A stretch of 64,000 bases of DNA from Candidatus Poseidoniaceae archaeon. Lineage in GTDB: Archaea > Thermoplasmatota > Poseidoniia > Poseidoniales > Poseidoniaceae. Shown one piece after another: positions 49,123 through 58,300 of the stretch. Within the stretch, counting starts at the first letter, position 1. Each line of letters begins with the position of its first letter. The notes under the pieces are model-generated. The model saw only the letters and a program-made list of their open reading frames with translations. It made no database searches and was not told the origin of the DNA. The translations under genes were made by a program, and so were the position numbers. The stretch is taken from NCBI GenBank assembly GCA_949372645.1, contig CASIAP010000001.1, positions 17,802 to 81,801 on the forward strand, given 5' to 3'.

Positions 49123-49982
49123 ATCTGGATACTGCTTCTCACCTCATCGTCATGCAATTGCCCATCGAAAGCCAGACCTTTGCCCAATCCATCATCGACA
49201 CCAAATCGAAGCACGAGCCCTGAAGGGCATACCGCAGGAGAGGGCTGAAGATGTTCAACCAAAGCCGGCGCACCTTGGCTACCTGGCTCGCCTTGTGCAC
49301 CGTCCATACCAGCCTGGCCATTGATGCCATTACTGCCAACTAAACCGTCACATAACGCCTCACTCGAGGCGATTTCCTCTTGATTGAGTTGACCATTTCC
49401 ATCCGCATCAATTCCACTGTGGATGAGGATGCCACCCATCGGACAGGTAAGGTTGCCGATGTTCAATTCTTCAATTTCAATTCGACTTAAATCGGGTTGC
49501 AGTGTATGGCCGGGATTGCCTTGCGGTCCCGAAAGGCCTTCTTTACCATGGCAAACTTTCGTTGAAGAAGTGACCTCTTCTTCATCGAGGTAACCATTTG
49601 CATTGAGATCGTTACCGATATAAATTTCAGCACCACCTTCAGTACAAATCGAATCTGCAACCCGTCCTTCGGTTCGGACCAGCATTTCATGAGCATCATC
49701 ACCGGCGTTCCCTTTTTGCAAAGGGAGTGAATCGATTTGAACAAGCGAATAGGTCGAAAAGGTAAGCGCCAACACTATGATGAGGGTTTGAATGAGAGAG
49801 AATACAAACTTTCGTTTCGGTTTTATCTGAGCACTCGGGTTTGGTTTTCGTTGCTGCCTCATCTGGAGACTTGGCACTACTTTGGGGCCATGGTTGAGCG
49901 CAGGTTCTCCTGCAATAGTTGCGTCGACATCCATTGTTGGGGGGGTTGACATGAATTGACTAAAAACCGTCAAGGGTATCAA
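49071..49982 (-). CDS. Signal-anchored protein with EF-hand-like Ca-binding loops and short collagen-like G-X-Y runs
   Basis: TM helix FVFSLIQTLIIVLALTF. Loops DLNANGYLDEEE and DADGNGQLNQEE. G-X-Y runs GKEGLSGPQGNPG and GSNGINGQAGMDGAQGEPGSQGAP. Confidence 0.45.
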   Translation of the reverse strand: MIPLTVFSQFMSTPPTMDVDATIAGEPALNHGPKVVPSLQMRQQRKPNPSAQIKPKRKFVFSLIQTLIIVLALTFSTYSLVQIDSLPLQKGNAGDDAHEMLVRTEGRVADSICTEGGAEIYIGNDLNANGYLDEEEVTSSTKVCHGKEGLSGPQGNPGHTLQPDLSRIEIEELNIGNLTCPMGGILIHSGIDADGNGQLNQEEIASSEALCDGLVGSNGINGQAGMDGAQGEPGSQGAPALVEHLQPSPAVCPSGLVLRFGVDDGLGKGLAFDGQLHDDEVRSSIQICSTALLYGPISDFATG

Positions 49983-49998
49983 AACCTCCGGTTAAAAC

Positions 49999-51855
49999 AT
50001 GTTTGAAGGGTTTTTCGACATGTACGAGTCTTGTTTTGAAAGGGGTGAGTTCAAGGGCGTCCTTTATCTGCACAGATTCATGGACCTACCTGAGCGCCTT
50101 GCGGCACAATTAGCTGGTGAGGAAGGCCCAACTCGCCAAAAAGCGGCTCGATTGGTTGTTGACTTGGCAGTTACTGCTGGGGCAGAAGGTTTTGTCAAGG
50201 TCGATCATGCCCACGTTTCCGGTGTTTCTGTAATCACTGGTGGACATGGCTTGCGTCGCTTTTTGTCGGACCTCTCCAGTTCAGGTGATGGCAAAGTAAC
50301 GATTCCTACTACCCTGAATTCCGCAGGTTGCGATAAAGAGAAAATGAAAGAGATGAATATTGATTGGCCTGATTTTCTCGAACAACAATTTGAAATTGTT
50401 GAAGCCTATTCGGATTTAGGGATTCAAGCCACCCTTTCTTGCACACCTTATGACCGAGGGGTCGATGACGAAAGTGGAATTGCTTCATGGGCAGAATCCA
50501 ATGCAGTCTGCTTTTCAAATACCTGGACTTCCTTAATCACCAATCGTGAATCAGGTCTCTCCGCATTAGCGACAGCACTCACCGGTTTCGCACCTCGATG
50601 GGGTCTTCACCTCGAGAAAAACCGTCAGCCAAATATTCATGTTCGTGTGGATTGTGAACTCGATACCCTTTCGGATTGGTCAGTGCTTGGTGATTGGATT
50701 GGAAAGCAAGTACTTCCTGGGTGGAATGTACCTTGGGGGCCAATGCCGTTCATTCAAGGCCTTCCTTCTCGAGCGAGCTTTGCTCGGAAAAAGGCACTTA
50801 CAGCAGCGGCAGCGAATTATGGCTCGCCAATGCTTTGGGCAGAAGGTCTCTCAGCTGACCCACCCTTAGCACGTGATGAAGATGGCCAATGGATTGCTCC
50901 AGTGGCTGGCTGGCAAGGTGAACTGGTGTTTACTGCTGCCGATTTACAGGCACGCTATGCCGACTTAGCGCCGACAGGACAAGTTGATCTTGTCGTGATT
51001 GGTTGTCCGCAAGCCAGTCTTGAGGAAATCCGAATCACCGCAGCAGCAGTCCGTTCCCATGCTGAAATGGGCGATAAAATACCTGACCAAAGGCTCTGGG
51101 TGTTCACAAGTGGTGAGAATTATGAATTAGCATTGGCAGATGGGAGTATCGAGTTACTTGAGAGTGCAGGTGCCGTGATTTTACAAGACACCTGTCCAGA
51201 AGTCACACCTTACAATCGGGCGCATTACAATCATTTGTTGACCAATTCACTCAAGGCTGAACATTATCTTACCAGCGGTTTGAATCGTCTCCCAACTAGT
51301 GTGATGCCTATCCTCGATTGTGTTGCCCACGCCTTTGACCCCGAGTTGTCGGCAGGACCTCGTCCACTTTTGAATTCGAAAGCACAACCTCAACACGCCA
51401 GTACTAAAACGCACCAATCAGAAAACATCGTTCTGACTGGAGCTCCTTTGCAGAGTCAAGATGACTATTGCATCACCGGACCTGCCATGGTTACTGATGT
51501 TCCCATCACCTACCTTGGATATGTCAACCGTGATACCGGTGTTATCGAGGAAACAGGCCACCCACTCGATGGTAGGACGATTGAAAATACCATTCTCATC
51601 TATCCAAAGGGTTCAGGTTCAACTGTAGCGCCTTTTGTTTTGATGGGATTATTGTATACGGGAAAGGGGCCAAGTGCCATTGTTAATCGTGATGTTTGTC
51701 CGCTGACTTTACCCGCTTGCTCGCTGTTAGGATTACCTTATGGTCATGGTTTCGATCAAGATCCTTGCATGACCATTAACGATGGAGACCTCATTGAACT
51801 CAAATCTGAAAGTGGCATTGTTACTCTTACTGTCTTGGAACGAGCAATGAGGTGA
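49999..51855 (+). CDS. Aconitase X family protein, fused catalytic (DUF521) + swivel (DUF126) domains; candidate phosphomevalonate dehydratase or hydroxyproline dehydratase
   Basis: Collinear with AcnX large subunit (LAGEEG...DHAHVSGVS...TTLNSAG...SCTPY...WAESNAVCFSNT...RWGLHLEKNR). The C-terminal ~140 aa resemble the small subunit. Confidence 0.7.
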   Translation: MFEGFFDMYESCFERGEFKGVLYLHRFMDLPERLAAQLAGEEGPTRQKAARLVVDLAVTAGAEGFVKVDHAHVSGVSVITGGHGLRRFLSDLSSSGDGKVTIPTTLNSAGCDKEKMKEMNIDWPDFLEQQFEIVEAYSDLGIQATLSCTPYDRGVDDESGIASWAESNAVCFSNTWTSLITNRESGLSALATALTGFAPRWGLHLEKNRQPNIHVRVDCELDTLSDWSVLGDWIGKQVLPGWNVPWGPMPFIQGLPSRASFARKKALTAAAANYGSPMLWAEGLSADPPLARDEDGQWIAPVAGWQGELVFTAADLQARYADLAPTGQVDLVVIGCPQASLEEIRITAAAVRSHAEMGDKIPDQRLWVFTSGENYELALADGSIELLESAGAVILQDTCPEVTPYNRAHYNHLLTNSLKAEHYLTSGLNRLPTSVMPILDCVAHAFDPELSAGPRPLLNSKAQPQHASTKTHQSENIVLTGAPLQSQDDYCITGPAMVTDVPITYLGYVNRDTGVIEETGHPLDGRTIENTILIYPKGSGSTVAPFVLMGLLYTGKGPSAIVNRDVCPLTLPACSLLGLPYGHGFDQDPCMTINDGDLIELKSESGIVTLTVLERAMR

Positions 51856-51859
51856 TGAG

Positions 51860-52858
51860 ATGGCTGGACTGAAAATTCTTGTCACGGGTGGTGCAGGGTT
51901 TATTGGTTCCTCATTATGCGAACGCTTGATTGGTGAGGGGAATTCCGTTTTAGCCTATGATTCTCTCTTTCGGGGCAGTGAGTCGAATCTTTTTACTCTT
52001 CAGGGACATCCTAATTTTCAATTCATGCAGGGTGATGTCCGGGATGTCGACCGTTTAGATGAGGCGATTGAACACTTGGGTGGAGTCGAAGTCATCTATC
52101 ATCTTGCTGCAGTGAATGGAACAAAGTGGTTTCACGAAGCCGCCCATTCAGTTATCGATGTCAATATCAATGGAACCCTTCGAACATTAGAGTTAGCGAT
52201 GGCGCATGATGCGCGATATGTGCTCGCATCATCGCCGGAAGCCTTCGGAGAGGCTTTGCGACAACCGATTCAAAACGGTAATGAAATGACATTTACCGAC
52301 CCTTCTCTTCACCAACGCCATTCCTATGGCGCCAGTAAATACCTCGATGAGGTGGCGTGCCAACATGCAGCCCGTGACGGGTTGGACGTTCGAGTAGTGC
52401 GCCCTTTCAATGTCTATGGGCCTCGTCTTCTTGGTGATGAATATGGCCAAGTCGTTGCGATATTTTTCCAAGCAATCCTTTCCAATGGCACTGTTCAGTT
52501 GCATAACGGTGGTAATCAAACCCGCTCTTTTACGTGGATAGATGATGCGGTTGAGGGCTTCATCCTCGCAGGGCTTCAAGAAAACAGTCTCAACGGAGCG
52601 TCCCTTTCTGGTTGCGCTTTAAACATTGGAGCAACCGAAGAAATTACGATTCGTGATTTACAAGAAACTATTTTTTCGATGGTTTCTAACGATGCTTCAT
52701 GGAAGAATGAATTGCCAGAAGTCGAGATTGTTGAGGGATATCATGGAGATGCAATCCGCCGCCTACCGGATTGCAGCCAGGCGGAAGCATTCGTTGGATG
52801 GAAACCGAAAGTCTCTTTGGAACAAGGCCTACTGCAAATGTGGTCGACCTTACGCTGA
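51860..52858 (+). CDS. NAD-dependent sugar epimerase/dehydratase (extended SDR, UDP-glucuronate decarboxylase / dTDP-glucose dehydratase-like)
   Basis: VTGGAGFIGS Rossmann motif. Catalytic YGASK. Confidence 0.75.
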   Translation: MAGLKILVTGGAGFIGSSLCERLIGEGNSVLAYDSLFRGSESNLFTLQGHPNFQFMQGDVRDVDRLDEAIEHLGGVEVIYHLAAVNGTKWFHEAAHSVIDVNINGTLRTLELAMAHDARYVLASSPEAFGEALRQPIQNGNEMTFTDPSLHQRHSYGASKYLDEVACQHAARDGLDVRVVRPFNVYGPRLLGDEYGQVVAIFFQAILSNGTVQLHNGGNQTRSFTWIDDAVEGFILAGLQENSLNGASLSGCALNIGATEEITIRDLQETIFSMVSNDASWKNELPEVEIVEGYHGDAIRRLPDCSQAEAFVGWKPKVSLEQGLLQMWSTLR

Positions 52859-52861
52859 ATT

Positions 52862-53728
52862 CTATTTGGAACTGTAGTGCTTGAGGACCTTTTTACCCCA
52901 TGAATCGGGTGCAGGTGTGAGCCGGTCATGGCCATGCTGACACAAGACATCCAGTCCTTCTGCCGGCAATGCCTCTTCTGTTGTCCATAGTCCTGTGACT
53001 CGTAATACTGCCAGGCGAGCAACAGCGTCAGGAAGTGACCTGTCCTCGAGATACTCAACCTCCAAGGCGGCCACTGCTTCGTTGATGAGCAACGGGTCAA
53101 GGTGGTTAGGGGTAAATCCAGCGAGATTCCATTCACTTTCTCCTTCTGGAACCGGGCGAGCAGTTTCATCGATTGCCTCAACAGTGGAATGAGAACTTGG
53201 CATCAAGTGAAGGATGGCTTTTTTGGTTGAGCGAAGGTTGTGAAGCGTGTCTCTGTACCGTCCTTCACGGTTACAACTGAATGAGGCAATCAACAGAGGA
53301 GGTCCTGTTGAAACGGCCATGACCGAAGTATACGGTGCGAGATTTTTGTTTCCATGTTCATCTTGAGTCGAAGCGATGACCAATGGGCGTGGAGACAAGA
53401 GGCCTGATAACCAACCAGCTCGATGAGCATGTTCAAGTTCGTTGACGTCGATTCGTTGAGCACCTTCCATAGTTTTGGTTGGGAGTGGGGTGAACCAGTT
53501 GTCCAAAGTTCCATTCTTTATCTCTTCAATAGCATGAGTATTGAATTGAATATAGGATTTCCAAGACTCAGTCTGTTTTTCATCCCCCCGCTCAGTTTTC
53601 CGAGTGATCGAATCCTCTGCATAGCTGTTGCAGCGCTTTAGATAATCCAGAACAATTCCTTTTCGGTCCATATCCTCACCTCGCATCATTGCTTGCTGAT
53701 TCTCTTTTGAGTTGGAGTTGCTTTTCAT
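52862..53728 (-). CDS. Flavin reductase-like (FMN-binding split-barrel) protein with N-terminal extension
   Basis: RPLVIASTQDEHGNKNLAPYTSVMAVSTGPPLLIASF matches the flavin reductase-like domain. The true start is probably an internal Met. Confidence 0.55.
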   Translation of the reverse strand: MKSNSNSKENQQAMMRGEDMDRKGIVLDYLKRCNSYAEDSITRKTERGDEKQTESWKSYIQFNTHAIEEIKNGTLDNWFTPLPTKTMEGAQRIDVNELEHAHRAGWLSGLLSPRPLVIASTQDEHGNKNLAPYTSVMAVSTGPPLLIASFSCNREGRYRDTLHNLRSTKKAILHLMPSSHSTVEAIDETARPVPEGESEWNLAGFTPNHLDPLLINEAVAALEVEYLEDRSLPDAVARLAVLRVTGLWTTEEALPAEGLDVLCQHGHDRLTPAPDSWGKKVLKHYSSK

Positions 53729-54188
53729 CGTATGTATTCCGCATCATCAAAAAAACAGCAGGGTTTCCCACCCACACTTCATTGTCGGGAATGTTACGTG
53801 TGAGAGTTGAGCCAGCACCGAGAACCGCATTCTGGCCAACTGAGCATCCAGCAATGACCGTTGCTCCCCCGCCAATCACGGCATCGCTCTGGATGTGAAC
53901 AGGTTGCCATTGCAGTGGGTTTCCAGAAGGTGGATATTTGTCATTCAGTAGTGTGGCGTTTGGGCCAAGGAATACTCGGTCACCCAATACACATGCATCT
54001 GCAACGTATGCCCCGCCTTGAATGCGGCAATTATCACCAAGGATCACTTTGCGACCAATATGAACCAATGCACCAATGGAACAATTCTCTCCAATACTGG
54101 TGTCTTTGCCAATGTGGCAAGGTGGCCATGCAACACTCCCTCTTTCGAGTTCAAGCCGTTGGCCGCTGACGGCTCTATCCTCGTTCAT
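53676..54188 (-). CDS. Left-handed beta-helix (hexapeptide repeat) sugar N-acetyltransferase
   Basis: Repeated [LIV]G-x-x-x-x-[LIV] hexapeptides (IGENCSIGALVHIGRKVILGDNCRIQGGAYVADACVLGDRVFLG). Confidence 0.65.
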   Translation of the reverse strand: MNEDRAVSGQRLELERGSVAWPPCHIGKDTSIGENCSIGALVHIGRKVILGDNCRIQGGAYVADACVLGDRVFLGPNATLLNDKYPPSGNPLQWQPVHIQSDAVIGGGATVIAGCSVGQNAVLGAGSTLTRNIPDNEVWVGNPAVFLMMRNTYDEKQLQLKRESASNDAR

Positions 54189-54196
54189 TCAATCCC

Positions 54197-54724
54197 TCAT
54201 TCAGTTAAACCGAGTTCACGAAGGAGCATTCCAACGTGTCCTTTGGCTTTGACATTGTAGCGGAGCCAAGAAAAAGTGCCATCCGGAGCAATGACAAAAG
54301 TCGAGCGCGAACAACCCATGTATTCTCGGCCGTAATTCTTCTTGAGTCGCCACGTACCATATGCCTCATGCAGTTCACCCTCTGTGTCCATTAAAAGAGG
54401 AAAATTGAGTTCCTTTTTGGTGATGAATTTCCCATGAGACTTTTCAGAGTCCTTCGATACTCCCAGGACGATATATCCTTCTTGAGTTAATCGAGCCATA
54501 TTGTCTCGGAAGTCACATGCCTGGGTGGTACACCCTGGTGTCGAGTCACGTGGATAAAAATACAGAATCACTGTTTTTCCAGCTTTTGAATATGCTGCTA
54601 AGTCGTGATCTATACCATCGGAATCTTTACAATCAAACGGTGGAGCTTCTTGGCCAATTTCGTGCGTTGTTGTCTCGCTCATACCTTTGGCACCCGTTCG
54701 AAGGTCATGAAGCATTGCATTCAC
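54197..54724 (-). CDS. bcp: Thioredoxin-dependent thiol peroxidase (peroxiredoxin, Bcp type)
   Basis: Active site PGCTTQACDF (PxxxTxxC) with a resolving Cys 5 residues downstream. 175 aa. Confidence 0.8.
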   Translation of the reverse strand: MNAMLHDLRTGAKGMSETTTHEIGQEAPPFDCKDSDGIDHDLAAYSKAGKTVILYFYPRDSTPGCTTQACDFRDNMARLTQEGYIVLGVSKDSEKSHGKFITKKELNFPLLMDTEGELHEAYGTWRLKKNYGREYMGCSRSTFVIAPDGTFSWLRYNVKAKGHVGMLLRELGLTE

Positions 54725-54825
54725 CCATATTTTTCGAATTCCGGGCGTTTACAGCGTGTTTCGGACTCTCCTTCACTCTTCAATGAGTCGTTTATGCAGA
54801 GTGGGTTGTCAAACTATCAAAACGG

Positions 54826-55314
54826 GTGAATCGCTGCTTGACGACCGATTCTTTCAATAACCGGGGGGTGCTAAGTGGGGCTATGGTGGCGCCGCGTATG
54901 TCTCGAAGATGTCGACGCTACTCGAAGCAGATTCTGCGTGCAAATACCAAGGTCGATCTGCAAACAATAGCCAGTGTCATCCAAACAGATATGGATAAGC
55001 GCAATCTCTCCTATGACGAGGCGCTAACGCTTGGCAACATTATCCAAAGCCGAGCCGATCAGTTGCCTGGCGATGCTATCGTTTACGCAATATCGGATCG
55101 TGATGCGTATCGACGAACATTAGAATTATACTTACGAGACGCACTCCTAACTCGAACTGAACAGATGCTTCTTTGGGAAGAACGCCGCCGCCTTGGGATC
55201 TCTGAAACGGAACATGAACGTTTGCTCGAACAACTTCTCCTTCAATGGCGAAGTCAAGGTAAGAAGGTCACAATCGCTCGTTTCGACACACCCGGGGGTG
55301 GCGCATCTGCTTAA
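54826..55314 (+). CDS. Hypothetical small basic/charged protein immediately upstream of, and overlapping the start of, a giant surface-protein gene
   Basis: ORF only. Arg-rich N-terminus, helical C-terminus, no TM. Probable start at MVAPRMSRR. Confidence 0.3.
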   Translation: MNRCLTTDSFNNRGVLSGAMVAPRMSRRCRRYSKQILRANTKVDLQTIASVIQTDMDKRNLSYDEALTLGNIIQSRADQLPGDAIVYAISDRDAYRRTLELYLRDALLTRTEQMLLWEERRRLGISETEHERLLEQLLLQWRSQGKKVTIARFDTPGGGASA

Positions 55315-58300
55315 CATTAAAATCAACCAGTCAGCCTTAGCAACTCTTCTCGTGTTACTGTTCATCATCCCTTCACTCTCACCAATCGTCGACGCGAGCG
55401 ATGCTGAGGAGCCAAGTACAGCAGGGCGCAGTTCATTACTCGATTTCACTTTCGGAGCAGCTTTGCAACTTGGCGGCTCAGGATCTGCGATCAATAACTC
55501 GATGATGTATCTCGAACCTGGTACGCATACTATCACAGTCAATACGACTGCTGAAGGCAACGGTCAAGATCGATTTTGGCTCCAACTCCAACACAAAGGA
55601 TCACCACTACTCGGGTTTTCCGACGTAGGCTCTCCGATTATGATGGGCACAATAACTGGCAATGGAGGAAAACAATACCTCCCTCTCACCTCTTTCACAT
55701 GGGAGGCTACACCAGGAGCGGGGCAGGAATTGCAGGTTAAAATCCGATCTGACCTCGAAGCCGGCAATGAACTTTTAAATAATATCCAACCTCTTGGCAT
55801 CCCTTTTTCAGTGGAAAACCTGCACTTTGGCTCAGTAGTCCAAGATGACATCGAGGAACCTAAATCTCACCCGAACGGTTTTACCGGCATCATGTTGCCG
55901 AATGCAATTACGAATCTCACGGCTACAGTCTCAAATGATGGCGTTAAATCGATTTCTGCACAAATGGTCGTTACGATCACTCAGCTTTTCCCAGTCCCCC
56001 CGACTCCTGTGACGCTCACGCTGTTTTCAAACTCGAAGAGTCTCGAACCGGGTGCATATCCTACCACACCTCTCTCGGTCCAAGAGTCGGGCGTGCTCTA
56101 TGTCGAGCTTGATTCTACGAGTTTTGCCGGGGGTAGTGTTTGGGAATTTAAGGCAGAAGTTAACTACCTTGGAACTGCATGGAATTGGACAGAAACTGTT
56201 GAGTCTACCTTTGTTAAATTTTCCGATTATAACGCTGAGGTGCTTGAACCCTCGGTCTTGGTTGGCGAACCCGGGGAAACAGTTGTGATGACATTCATAC
56301 TCAAAAACACCGGGACAAAAGCAGATGGCTTTGATACCGATCTTTCTCAACAATTGAACTGGACGATGGCCGACACAGGCGTGTCCTCTGTAGTCCCACC
56401 GGCTAATACTGCGAGTTCTGTCGTACTTGTGCATGTGACTATAGTAATTCCCGCAAATGCTTCGCGAGGCGATTCAAACAAAATTACACTCAACTTCACC
56501 TCCACTTATGGTACTTTGAATGGGACGAATTACGTGATTAATGCAATAGGTAGAGTCATGGTTGGTGATTTCTTCAACGGTTCTGTAGCTATTACGAAAC
56601 CATCGAACCCAAAAACCATTGCTCCTGGCGGTTCACAATATTTCACGGCCACAATTAGTAATACGGGCAGCGTAGCTACTGCATTCACCCTCTCAGCAGG
56701 TCTTTCAGTAAATGCATTGAACTGGACCGTTGAACTCTCAAATCCGACAACAGCGTATATCTTACCCGGTGGCACTAATATCGTCCAAATCACAGTATCA
56801 GCGCCTCCAATACAGAGTCCGATGGTTATCGGCTCGCATACTATGGCCTTCGAATCGCTCAATGTTTGGATTCAATCTCAACCGATTGGAGGAGGCATAC
56901 CCGTCACCGATCAGGTGCCCCTTTCAGTCAAACCAATCATCACAGTCGATCCGGGGTTGAATGCTGAGCCTTACGTGATATCCGCTGAAGAACTTTATGC
57001 AATGAAGTCTGGAACACAGTTTAATCATATAGCGGAATTAAACCTTCGCGTCTTTAACAATCTCCCTCAAATTCTAACGGCTAACGATATTGGAAATGTC
57101 ACGGCCATCATTACACTGAACACGAATTTCACCGCCAGTAACGGTGGTGGTTTCGCAGAAGCAGACCGATGGAATGTAAGTATTGTGAACCCCGTCTACC
57201 GAAGCGACAAGCCGGAGTTTAGTGACGATGCAGAGATCATTATCTTCGGTCCTCCTATGAATGAATTCCCTCTTGCTGGAACTCTTTCGATTGAAGTAAC
57301 CATTACTTCGACACTTAGCACCGTTCTTCGAAATGCTGGTGTTGAAGCGCCCTCGATTACCCAGATCTATACCATTATCATCCCACCAATCGTCGAAGGC
57401 TCTTTCACCCAGTCAACCATTGACGCTGGACCCTATGATGTCGCAGTTGGTGCAGCAAACAGCTTTGGTATGCGTTTCGAAAATACCGGGAACGATGCGG
57501 CTTCTTATCGTTTACGAGTTATCGAAAACCTCCTCCCTCAAAACTGGTCAGCAAACTTTAGTGAAGCTGATACATTCATCGAAAACCTCACTTCAGACTT
57601 GGCCGATGGAAATATGGATTCAGTCCTCCCAGAAGGCACCCCAGGCAAGAGTTACACGCATACACGAGTTGTGATGTTTAACATCCAAACCGATCCTCTG
57701 GCACCCTCCAATTCGATTCAACCTATCACCGTTCGAATTGAAGATCCAATTACTGGGCAAATCATCGGTGATGAATTTGTATTCAATGTGATTGTCGGCC
57801 AAATCTATAACGCCACACTTTCTCCAACGAATCAAACATTTACCATGACCGAGGTGCAGCAAAACTTTGCCACCGTGTTTATTCGTAACACTGGTAATGC
57901 TCCGACTGACTTTTCGATTAGCCTGGATACAACAGATGCCGGCAACATTAATTTCGAAATTGTGAAGCCACTCAATAAGCGATTATACATCGCAGCAGGA
58001 TTCGAAGAAGAGATTCGTATCAAAATGACTGCAAATGCTGGTGCAAATGCCAATGACTTTTACATGTCGACAATCCGAGTAACTGACGATCTTGGCGAAA
58101 TAGATATATCCGCTAATATCGTTGCAAATATATCTACTCAATCGAATTATACCATTTCGGCTCCAGAACAAATCTCAGTCACACCAGGGATGCAAGAGAA
58201 AGTCGACTACACCGTCACGAACATCGGTAATGCTCTTGGGCAAGTACAGGTCAAATACGAAGTTGAAAACATGACTCTTTCAGTGGATTCAGTATATCAC

